DNA of 64,000 nucleotides from Escherichia coli (GTDB lineage Bacteria; Pseudomonadota; Gammaproteobacteria; Enterobacterales; Enterobacteriaceae): NCBI RefSeq assembly GCF_013122565.1, contig NZ_CP053258.1; one strand, 5' to 3'. Shown piece by piece: positions 1 to 12,000 of this stretch (position 1 is its first letter; each line of letters starts with the position of its first letter). The notes under the pieces were generated by a model. It saw only the letters and a program-made list of their open reading frames with translations, ran no database searches and was not told where the DNA came from. The position numbers and the translations under genes were made by a program.

Positions 1-3000
1 AATGGTGATGCTTTTCGCCACTTCCGGGCTGGTGGTGTCGACCACCACGTTTTGCGTTGCGGTCTGCCCGACATTCCCCGCCAGATCCACCACCCGCACC
101 GTGTAGTTCCAGGTGCCGTCGGTAAGCGTGCGACCATCGGCATAGCTCCAGCTGGTGCCGATAACGGTTAACGTAGTCCAGGTAACACCGCCGTCGAGGC
201 TGATTTGCGCCCGTTCATCTGCCGCCAGCGCCGCGCCGAGCGTGCCACGCACGGTCAGCGTGGTGTCGCGAGTAACGAAATCGCTGCTGCTTAACCCGGT
301 GTCATCGCTGATGCCCGCAATGGCGATGGTTTTGCTCGCCAGCGGCGCGGTGGTGTCCACAGTGACTATCTGGCTGGCGGTGGCGCCGATATTTCCGGCG
401 GTATCGATCACCCGCACCTGGTAGTTGTAGTTGCCGTCGGTCAGCGTCCGCCCGTCAAGATAGCTCCAGGTCAAACCACTTACCGAAAGATTCTGCCAGG
501 TGGTGCCGCCATCAATGCTGATTTGCGCGAACTCACCGGCAGAAAGCGCCGCGCCCAGCGTGCCGCTCACCGCAAGCGTCGTGTCGCTGGTGACAAAATC
601 GTTAGTGATCAGGCCCGTATCGGTAGTGATCGCGCTGATGGCGATGGTTTTCACCGCGGGATCTGGCGCGGTAGTGTCGATCACCACATTCTGGCTGTCG
701 GTCGCGCCAACGTTGCCCGCTGCGTCAATCACCCGCACCTGATAGAGATAGTTACCATCGGTCAGCGTGCGGCTGTCGTTATAGCGCCAGGTCGTGCCGG
801 TAACGGTGAGCGTGGTCCAGGTTACGCCGCCGTCGATACTGATTTGCGCCGTCTCGTTACTGGCAAGCGCGGCGGTGAGCGAGCCGTTGACCACCACCGG
901 GCTGACGCTGGTGATAAAGTCGCTGGCGCTAAGCCCAGTGTCGGCTTGCAGGGAATCGATATTAATACCCATCGCCGGGGCGCTGAGATCGACAGTAATG
1001 GTGTGATTGCTGCTGCCGTTGTTGCCGATAGCGTTGCTCACCGAGGCGTTAATCACGTAGGCGTTGCCGTCCGCCAGCGCGGTGACATCGGCGCTGCCGA
1101 GGGTGTAGCTCCAGCTACCGCCGGTCTGTACCGTGGTGGTGTAGGTTTTACCGTTTAAAGTCAGGGTCAGCGTCTGTCCGACCGGCGCGGTGGTGGTGCC
1201 GCTGATAACCAAAGACGAGCCGTGTTCCGCTGCATTCACCACATCGTCGCCCGCAAAGGTGTTGATGGTGATGGTAGGCACATCGCCGTTCAACGTGACG
1301 CCACGGCTGGCGCTGCCGGGGTTTCCGGCCTGATCGGCGACCGTCGCGCTAATGGTGTAGCTGCCGTCGCTTAATCCGGCAAACTGCTGCGCCGGAATAA
1401 ACACCGACCAGCTTCCGCCGCTGCCGACCGTTGCGGTCCAGGTTTGCCCGTTAAAGGTAACGGTCACCGTCTGGCCCACTTCGGCGGTGGTGGTGCCGCT
1501 GATGGTCTGCCCGGCAAGCTGCTCGGCGTTGTTGATAATATCGTCACCCGCCACCGTGGCGATGGTCACCGTTGGCGCAACGGTATCGACGGTCAGGGCG
1601 TGCGTGGTTTGACCGGGGTTACCGGCGCGATCGTTCACGCTGGCGGTAATGGTCTGCGCACCCTGCCCGAGCGCGGCCAGATCCGCCGCAGGCACGTTCA
1701 GCGCCCAGGTGCCATTGGCGGCAACCGTGGCAGTGTAAGTTTTGCCGCCAAAGGTCACGGTGACCGTCTGCCCTACTTCCGCGCTGGTCGAGCCGTTAAG
1801 GGTTAACGGCTGCTGCTGTTCGGCGGCGTTGAGTCGGTCGTCCGTTGAAACGGTGTTTATGCTGATAATCGGCGCGGTGAGATCCACCGCCACGCTGCGC
1901 GAGGCCGTGGCGCTGTTTCCGGCACTGTCCTGCGCGGAGGCGCTAACCGTATAGCTGGTGCCATCCGCCAGTGCTGCAACGTCCGCCGCAGGCACATTCA
2001 CGCTCCAGCTCCCGTTGCTCTGAATGGTAGCGCTGTAGCCTTTGCCGTTAAGCAATACGGTCACCACTGTACCTGCGGCAAAGTTCGTTCCGGTGCCGCT
2101 CAGGGTCAGCGCACTGCCCGCTTCGGCGGCGTTAATAAGGTTATCGCCGCTGATAGTGCTGACCGAGAGCGACACTGCTGCCGTGTTTACCTGTACGTTG
2201 TGCGTCTGGGTGCTGCTGTTGCCTGCGCTATCGGTGATAGTGGCGCTGATAGTCACTGTGCCGTCTGCAAGGCCGGAAATCACGCTGGCAGGCACGCCGA
2301 CGCTCCAGTTGCCGCTGGCATCGGTGCTGGTGACATACTGCTGCCCGGCGATGGTCACCACCAGGCGGTCGCCCGCGACCGCGCCCGTGGCGGTGCCGCT
2401 GATAATCTGCGCCTGAGTGTGTTCGACGTTGTTAATCACATCATCGCCCGCCACGGTGTTGAAACTGATCACCGGCGCAGTGGTATCAACGGTCACACCT
2501 TTGCTGGCGCTGCCAGGGTTACCCGCCAGATCGCTGACCGTGGCGGTCAGGGTGTAGCCGTTATTAGCAAGTGCGGTTAAGTCGGTGGCGGGCAGCGTTA
2601 AACTCCAGCTGCCGTCCGCCTGCACCGTGGTCTGGTAGTTAGTGCCGTTAAGCGTGACGGTGAGCGTCTGCCCGGTTTGCGCGGTGCTGGTGCCGGACAC
2701 CGTTACGCCCGCCGCCGCTTCGCTGGCGTTGATGATGTTATCGCTGGCAATGGTGTTGATGGTGACCGTTGGCGCGGCGCTATCGACGCTGTATTCGTGC
2801 GTTGCCGTGGCGCTGTTACCGTTGACGTTAGTCACCCGCACCTGGGCGCTGGCATCGCCGTCACGCAGAGCCGCCATATCCGCAGCCGGAACGGTGGTAC
2901 TCCAGCTACCGTTTGCCGCCACCGTGGTGGTGTAGGTTTTACCGCCAAAGGTAATAGTGACGGTTTGCCCCGTTTCGACGCCGGACGTGCTGCCGGAGAG

Positions 3001-6000
3001 CGTTAGCGCCGCGCCTTTTTCGGCGGCGTTAATCACATCATCAGGGGTAATAGCGTTAATGCTGATGGCAACGGTAGTGAGATCAACAGTCAGCGGATGG
3101 GTAATGCTGGTTTGCGTTCCGGCACTGTTCGCGCCGCTAACGGTAATATTCAGCGTTCCCGCAGGCCAGTTACTGACATCCGTCGCCGGAACGCCGACGC
3201 TCCAGCTACCGTTCGCCAGCACCGTGGCGGCGTAAGTTTGATTATTTATCACCACGGTCAGCGCTGTACCTGCCGCAAAGCCGGTGCTGCTGCCGGTGAT
3301 CACCTGCGCCTGACTGTGTTCGATGATATTGACCACATCATCACCCGCGACGGTATCCACCCGCAGGCCAGGCAGACTGGCATCGATGGTGATATCGCGC
3401 GTGCCGCTGCCGGTGTTGCCAACGGCGTTGGTTACCGAGGCGTTAACTGTTAACTCACCGTTACCCAGCGCCTGCCAGTCGGCGGCAGGTACGCTCACAT
3501 ACCAGCTTAAATCAGCCTGGACGGTGGCGGTGTAAGTTTTACCGCCCAGTTCAACGGTGACGGTGCTCCCCGCCGCCGCACCGGTTACCTGGCCGCTGAT
3601 AGTTTGCGCGCTGCCTGCCTCTGAAGCGTTGATAATATCGTCCGTCGCCACCGGATTAATGGTGACGCCCGGCAGCGCGGTATTAACCTGCACGTTATGG
3701 CTGGCGGTGCTGCTGTTACCCTGAGCATTGGTGACGCTCGCCGTGACGCTATATGTCGCTTCGCCCAGCGCACTGACCGCCGAGGCGGGCACGGTTACGC
3801 TCCAGTTGCCGGAGGCATCCGTGGTGGCGCTGTAGTTTTGTCCGTTCAGCGTAACGGTGATCGCCGTACCCGCAGGCTGATCGCTGGTGCCGGAAAGCGC
3901 CAGATCGGATCCTTTTTCCGTCGCGTTGATCACGTCATCGCCCGCGATGGTGTTGATGCTAATCACTGGCGCGCTGAGGCTGACGGTCACGGTGCGGCTA
4001 GCGTCGTCGCTGTTGCGTGCCCGATCGCTGACGCTGGCGGTAATGGTCTGTGCGCCGCTACCGAGTGCCGTAACATCCGCCGCCGGAACGCCAACGCTCC
4101 AGTTGCCGGAGGCATCCAGGGTGGTGGTGTAGGTTTTGCCGTTAAGCACAACGCTCACCACATCGCCCGCTTCCCCGCCGGTGCTGGTGCCGGAGATCAC
4201 CAGCGCCTGGGCGTGTTCGGCGTCGTTGATGATGTCATCGCCCGCCACGGTGTTAATGGTGAGAACCGGCGCGGTGGTGTCTACCGCCAGATTATGGCTG
4301 GCGCTGCCGGGGTTGCCCGCTTTGTCGTTGACCGTAGCGCTGACGGTGTAATTGCTTGCACTCAGCGCGTCCAGGGCTGAGATGGGAACGCTGATGCTCC
4401 AGCTGCCGTCCGCCTGTACAGTGCCGGTGTAGGTTGCGCCGTTGAGGGTGACGGTCACCGCCTGCCCGGTTTCGGCGGTGCTGGTGCCGCTGATGGTGAG
4501 CGGATTTCCCGCCTCTGTGGCGTTAAGAATGTCATCGCTGGCGATGGTGTTAATGGTGAGCGTCGGTGCGCTGGCGTCAACGCTATACGCATGGGTCGCC
4601 GAGGCACTGTTACCGCTCGCGCTGCTGACGCTGGCCTGCACATTCGCTGCGCCGTCTGGCAGAGTTGCCAGATCTGCCGCCGGTACCGTTACGCTCCAGC
4701 TTCCGTTGGCGGCGACGCTTGCGGTGTAGGTTTTGCCGCCAAAGGTGACGGTAACGGTTTGCCCGCTTTCAATCCCGCTGGTGCTGCCGGAAATGATCAG
4801 GTCGGTGCCTTTTTCGGCGGCGTTAATTACGTCGTCGCTGGCAACGGTGTTGATGCTGATCGCCACCGCCGTTAAATCGACAGTGAACGGATGGCTGACG
4901 CTGACCGGATTTCCGGCTGTAGTGTTGCCGCTCGCCGTAATGGTGACCGTCCCCGCAGGCCAGGCGCTGACATCTGCCGCCGGAATACCGACGCTCCAGG
5001 TGCTATCCGCCAGTACCGCCGCAACATAGGTTTGTCCGTTAATGGTCAGCGTGACGTTGCTGCCCGCAGCCAGATCGGAGCTGCTGCCGGTAATCACCAG
5101 CGCCTGATCGTGCTCGATAATGTTGACCACATCATCGCCCGCCACGGTGTCAATCCGCAGACCGGGGAGATTCGCGTCTATGGTGATTTCACGCGTGCCG
5201 TTACCGGTATTGCCTACGCTGTTTGTTACCGAAGCCGAAATGGTCAGTTCACCGTTGCCCAGCGCCTGTAACGCGGAGGCCGGAACATCGACGCTCCAGC
5301 TTAAATTCGCCTGCACCGTGGCAGTGTAAGTCGCCCCGCCGAGCGTGACGGTTACCGTGTCGCCTGCCGCCGCGCCCGTCACCTGCCCACTGATGGTCTG
5401 GCCCGCCCCTGCTTCGGCGGCGTTGATAATATCGTCGCCCGCCACGGTGCTGATGGTGACGCCCGGCAGACCGCTGTCGACCAGTAAATTCGCCTGGCTG
5501 CTGGCGGTGTTGCCTGCCGCACTGGTGGCGCTGACGCTGACCGTATAGTTGGCCTGGCCTAAAGCCGCCAGATCGCTCACCGGCACGGTTAAGGTCCAGT
5601 TGCCTGCTGCGTCGGTGGTAGCGCTATAGTTGTGACCGTTGAGCGTGACGGTGACCTGCGCGCCCGTCGCCAGCCCCGTACTGTTACCGCTAATGGTCAA
5701 CGGCTGGCCTTTTTCATCGGCGTTCAGGACGTTATCGCCGCTGATAGAGTTAAAGGTAATGGTCGGCAGCCCGGTATTGACCGTCACCTGATGGGTGGTG
5801 CTGCCGCTGTTTCCTCCGGCATCAGTGACGCTGGCGTTGATGGTCACCGTGCCGTTCGCCAGTGCCGAGACGACGCTTGCCGGAACGCCGACGCTCCAGT
5901 TGCCGCTGGCATCCAGCACCGTGGTGAAAGTATTTGTGCCGATAGTCACCGTCACGGTGCTACCAGTTGCCGCACCCGTGGCGGATCCGCTGATGATCTG

Positions 6001-9000
6001 TGCCTGGGTGTGTTCCGTCGCGTTGATCACATCATCGCCTGCCACCGTGTTGATGGTGACGACCGGAACAGAAGTATCCACCGTCAGGTTGTGATTAACC
6101 GAGGCCGGGTTTCCGGCTTTGTCGCTCACCGCCGCGTTCACGGTGTAGTTGCTGGCGGTCAGGGCGCTTAAGTCGGCTGGCGGCACGCTGACGCTCCAGC
6201 TGCCGTCCGTTTGAACCGTGCCGGTATAGTTTGTGCCATTGAGGGTGACGGTCACCGTCTGCCCCGCTTCCGCCGTGCTGCTGCCAGTGATGGTCAGCGC
6301 AGCTCCGGCTTCGGCGGCGTTAAGAATGTCGTCGCCCGCAATGGTGTTAATGGTCACCGTTGGCGCGCTGGCATCGACGCTGTATGCGTGGGTAGTGGTG
6401 GCGCTGTTGCCGTTAACATTGCTGACGCTGGCCTGTGCGCTGGCATCGCCATCACGCAGGGCCGCCATATCTGCCGCCGGAACCGAGGTGCTCCAGGAAC
6501 CATTCGCCGCCACCGTGGCGCTGTAAGTTTTGCCGCCAAAGGTGACGGTGACCGTTTGTCCGGCTTCGACGCCAGAGGTGCTGCCGGAGAGCGTTAACGC
6601 CGCGCCTTTTTCAGCGGCGTTAATCACATCATCGACGGTAATGGCGTTGATGCTGACCGCCACCGCCGTGAGATCGACAGTCACCGGATGCGTAACGCTC
6701 ACCGGGTTTCCGGCGGTGGTGTTGCCGCTCGCCGTAATTGTGACCTTCCCCGCAGGCCAGGCGCTGACATCTGCCGCCGGAACGCCGACGCTCCATGAGC
6801 CATCCGCCAGCACCGCCGCAACATACGTTTGCCCGTTTATGGTCAGCGTGACGTTGCTGCCCGCTGCCAGATCGGAGCTGCTGCCGGTAATCACCAGCGC
6901 CTGATTGTGCTCGATAATGTTGACCACGTCATCGCCCGCCACGGTGTCGACCCGCAGACCAGGGAGATTCGCGTCGATGGTGATTTCACGCGTGCCGTTA
7001 CCGGTATTGCCTACGCTGTTCGTTACCGAAGCCGAAATGGTCAGCTCGCCGTTGCCCAGCGCCTGTAACGCCGGGGCCGGAACATCGACGCTCCAGCTTA
7101 AATTCGCCTGCACCGTAGCAGTGTAAGTCGCCCCGCCGAGCGTGACGGTCACCGTGTCGCCTGCCGCCGCACCCGTCACCTGCCCACTGATGGTCTGGCC
7201 CGCGCCCGCTTCGGCGGCGTTAATAATATCGTCGCTCGCCACCACGTTAATGGTGACGCCCGGCAGCGCGGTATTGACCTGCACATTATGGCTGGCGGAA
7301 CCGCTGTTGCCATCGGTGTCAGTGGCGGCGGCAGTCACCGTATAAGTGGCTTCACCGAGGGCGCTGACCCGTGACGCCGGAACGGTTACGCTCCAGTTCC
7401 CGGATGCATCGGCAGTGGTGGTGTAATTTTGCCCGTTGAGCGTGATGGTAATCTGCGTACCCGCGGGCTGGTTGCTGGTGCCGGTAATCGCCAGATCTGC
7501 ACCTTTCTCCGTGGCGTTGATGATGTCGTCGACGGCAATGGTGTTAATGCTGAGTATCGGCGCGCCGAGCGCCACGGTGACAGTGTGCGAGGCCGTGCCG
7601 CTGTTGCCTGCGGAGTCGGTAACCGTGGCGGTAATGGTCACATCGCCCTGCGCCAGCGCGGAAATGACGCTGGCAGGCACGCCGATGCTCCAGTTGCCGT
7701 TGGCGTCCAGCACGGTGGTATACGTGTTGCTGCCAATGGTCACGGAAACCGTGTTACCGGTCGTCGCGCCCGTTGCCGAGCCGCTGATAATCTGCGCCTG
7801 TCCGTGTTCAGTAGCGTTGATGATGTCATCGCCCGCTACCGTGTTAATGGTGACGACCGGAGCAACGAGATCTACCGTCAGGTTATGCGTTGCCGAAGCC
7901 GGGTTACCGGCTTTGTCGCTGACCGAGGCGTTAACGGTATACGAGCTGGCGGTAAGGTTAGCTAAATCCCCGGTCGGGACGCTGACGCTCCAGCTTCCGT
8001 CTGCCTGCACGTTACCGCTGTAATTGACGCCGTTAAGCGTCACGGTCACCGTCTGCCCGGCTTCTGCCGTGCTGGTGCCGCTGATGGTCAGCGCCGAATC
8101 CGCTTCGTTGGCATTGAGAATATCGTCGCTGGCGATGGTGTTGATGGTGACAGAGGGCGCAGTGGCATCGACGGTATAAGCATGTGTTGCCTGGGCGATG
8201 TTGCCTGCGACGTTGCTGACGCTGGCCTGGACGTTTGCTGCGCCGTCCGGCAAGGTTGCGAGATCGGCGGCTGGGATCGTTAGCCCCCAGGTGCCGCCCG
8301 TGGCAACCGTGGTGGTGTAGCTTTTGCCGCCGAAGATAACGGTGATGGTCTGCCCCACTTCCACGCCGGAGGTGGTGCCGGAAAGCTGCAAATCAGAGCC
8401 TTTTTCAGCGGCGTTAATTACATCGTCAGTGGAAAGGGTGTTGATGGTAATCGCCACGGCCGCGAGATCGACCGTGACCGGATGGCTAATGCTGGTTGTG
8501 GTTCCGGCGGTGTTGGTGCCTGAAACAGCAATATTGACCGTCCCCGCAGGCCAGTTACCCACGTCCGCCGCCGAAACGCCGACGCTCCAGGTGCCATCGG
8601 CGAGGACCGTTGCGCCATAGGTGACGCCGTTGATAACCACCGTCAACGCCGCCCCCGCCACCAGTCCGCTACTGCTACCGGTAACCACCAGCGCCTGAGT
8701 GTGCTCAATGCTGTTAATCACATCATCGCCTGCCACGGTATCGACGCGCAGACCAGGCAGGTTGGCGTCTATTACGATGTCGTGCGTTGCGGTGCCAGTA
8801 TTATTTGCGGAATTGGTCACCGAGGCGCTGATGGTCAGTTCACCGTTGCCCAGCGCCTGCAAAACGTTCGCCGGTACGCTGACGCTCCAGCTTAAATCTG
8901 GCTGTACGGTGGCGGTGTATTGATTGCCGCCAATGGTGACAATCACCGTATTCCCGGCAACCGCCGTTCCCGTGACCTGACCGCTGATGGTCTGCGCCAC

Positions 9001-12000
9001 AATGATTTCAGCGGCGTTGATAATGTCATCGCCCGCAACGGTATTAATGATCACCCCCGGAAGGAGCGATTCGACATTCACCGTATGGGTGGTACTGCCG
9101 CTGTTGCCCGCGCTGTCGGTGGCACTGGCGCTAATCGAATAAACCGCCTCGCCCAGTGCGCCAACCGCCGAAGCAGGCACGGTAACGCTCCAGTTGCCAG
9201 AACCGTCGGTGGTGGCGCTGTACGCCAGGCCGTTCAACATCACGGTGACAGTGGTGCCTGCCGCCAGACCGCTGGAGCCGCCGCTGATGGTCAGATCCTG
9301 GGTTTTCTCCGCATTATTAATAATGTCATCGCCGGAGACGATACTGATGGTCAACGTCGGGCCGCTGAGATCAACGGTCACATTATGGGTAGTGCTGTCG
9401 CTGTTGCCCGCGCGATCGCTCAGGCTGGCGGTGATCGTCTGGCTACCGGTCGCCAGCGCCGTCACATCCGCCGCCGGAATGCCCACGCTCCAGTTACCGG
9501 AGGCGTCCAGCGTGGTGGTGTAGTTTTTACCGTTCAGCGTGACGGTCACTACATCGCCGGGTTCCGCGCCCGTGCTGGTGCCGCTCACCACCAGCGCCTG
9601 CCCGTGTTCGATGGCATTGATGATGTCATCACCCGCGACGGTATTAATGGTGAGATCCGGCGCGGTAACGTCCACCGCCAGCGCATGATCGGCGCTTGCC
9701 GGATTACCCGCTTTGTCGCTCACCGTGGCGGTCACGGTGTAACTGCTGGCGGTTAATCCGCTTAAATCCGCTGCCGGAACATTCACGCTCCATGTGCCAT
9801 CCGCCTGAACGGTGGTCTGGTACGTGTTGTTATTGAGCGTGACGGTGAGCGTCTGCCCGGCCTGCGCCGTGGTAGTGCCGCTGATGGTGATCCCCGCGCC
9901 CGCTTCGCTCACGTTAAGGATATCGTCGCTGGCGATGGTGTTGATGGTCACAAGCGGCGCGGTGGCATCGACGCTGTACGTACGATCCGCCTGGGCGTTA
10001 TTGCCGTTGATGTTGCTGACGCTCGCCTGCACGTTGCCCGCGCCGTCCGGCAGCGAAGCGAGATCGGCAGGCGGTACGTTCACCGTCCAGCTGCCGTTGG
10101 CTTCCACGGTAGTGGTGTAATTTTTGCCACCAAAGGTGACGGTCACCGTCTGCCCGGATTCGACACCGCTGGTGCTGCCGCTTACGACCAGCGTTTCGCC
10201 TTTTTCGACGGCGTTGATCACATCATCACCAGAGAGAGTGTTAATGGTGATGGCGACCCCAGCCAGATCGACGGTAACCGGATGGGTAATGGTGGAGGTT
10301 GTTCCGGCACTGTTGGTGCCGCTTACCGTGATATTCACCGTACCCGCTGGCCAGTTGCTGACGTCTACCGCCGGAACACCGAGGCTCCACGTGCCGTCGG
10401 CTAATACCGTCGCGCCATAAGTAACGTTGTTAATCTCGACCGTTAACGCCGTTCCCGCCGTTAATCCGCTGCTGCTGCCGGTGATCACCAGCGCCTGATT
10501 GTGCTCAATGCTGTTAATAACATCATCGCCCGCCACGGTATCGACCCGCAGGCCAGGCAGATTGGCGTCGATCGTGATATCGCGCGAGCCGCTGCCGGTG
10601 TTGCCGACGCCATTGGTGACCGAGGCATTAACCGTCAGGTCGCCGTTGCCCAGCGCCTGAATATCCGCCGCCGGAACGTCCACACTCCAGCTTAAATTAG
10701 ACTGCACCGTGGCGGTGTAGGTGTTGCCGCCCAGCGTAACGGTAACCGTATCCCCCTGCGCTGCGCCCGTCACCTGCCCGCTGATGGTTTGCGCATTTCC
10801 CGATTCGGCAGCGTTAATAATATCGTCAGTCGCCACCGCGTTAATGGTAACGGCAGGCAAGGCGCTGTTGACCAGCACATTATGACTGGCGGAATTACTG
10901 TTGCCTGCCGTATCAGTGACGTTTGCCGTTACCGTGTAGTTGGCTTCACCCAATGCGCTAACCGCTGACGCTGGCACCGTGGCGCTCCAGTTGCCGTTGC
11001 TATCGGTAGTAGCGGTGTAATTTTGCCCGTTCAACGTCACCGTAATGGTGGTGCCCGCAGGCTGATTACTGGTGCCGGTAATTTGCAGATCCGCGCCTTT
11101 TTCCGTGGCGTTAATCACGTTATCGTCGGCAATAGTGTTGATGCCAATGGTTGGCGCGGTGAGATTTACGGTGACCGTGCGGCTGGCGTCATCGCTGTTG
11201 CCTGCCGCGTCGGTAATTGCCGCAGTGATGGTATGCGGACCGCTGCCAAGCGCGGTGACATCTGACAGCGGAACGCCGACGCTCCAGTTGCCGGAAGCGT
11301 CCAGTGTGGTGGTGTAGGTTTTACTGTTTAGCGTGACGGTGATGACATCGCCCGCTTCGCCGCCAGTGCTGGAACCGGAGATCACCAGCGCCTGCCCGTG
11401 TTCGGCGGCGTTAATAATGTCATCGCCGGAGACGGTGTTGATGGTCAGCACCGGCACGGTGAGATCCACCGCCAGCCCGTGAGTGGTGGACGCCGGGTTA
11501 CCCGCTTTATCGCTTACCGAGGCGCTGACCGTGTACTGGCTGGCGGTTAGATTGCTGAGATCTGCCGTCGGCACGCTGACGCTCCAGCTGCCGTCCGCCA
11601 GGACGGTGCCGCTGTAAGTCACACCATTAAGCGTGACGGTTACCGTCTGCCCCGCTTCGGCGCTACTGCTGCCGCTGATGGTTAGCGGATTGCCCGCCTC
11701 GGCGGCGTTAAGAATATCGTCGGTGGCGATGGTGTTAATAGCAAGCGTCGGGGCCGTGGCATCGACGCTGTAGGCGTGGGTCGCCGAAGCCGTGTTGCCG
11801 TTAATAGTGCTGACGCTCGCCTGCACCGTGGCGTCGCCGTCGCGTAACGCGCTGAGATCGGCGGCAGGGACGGTGGTTGTCCAGCTACCATCGCCCGCTA
11901 CGGTAGCGGTGTAGGTTTTCCCGCCAAAGGTAACGGTGACCGTTTGCCCCGCTTCCACGCCGGAGGTGCTGCCGGAAAGGGTTAAATCTGCACTTTTTTC

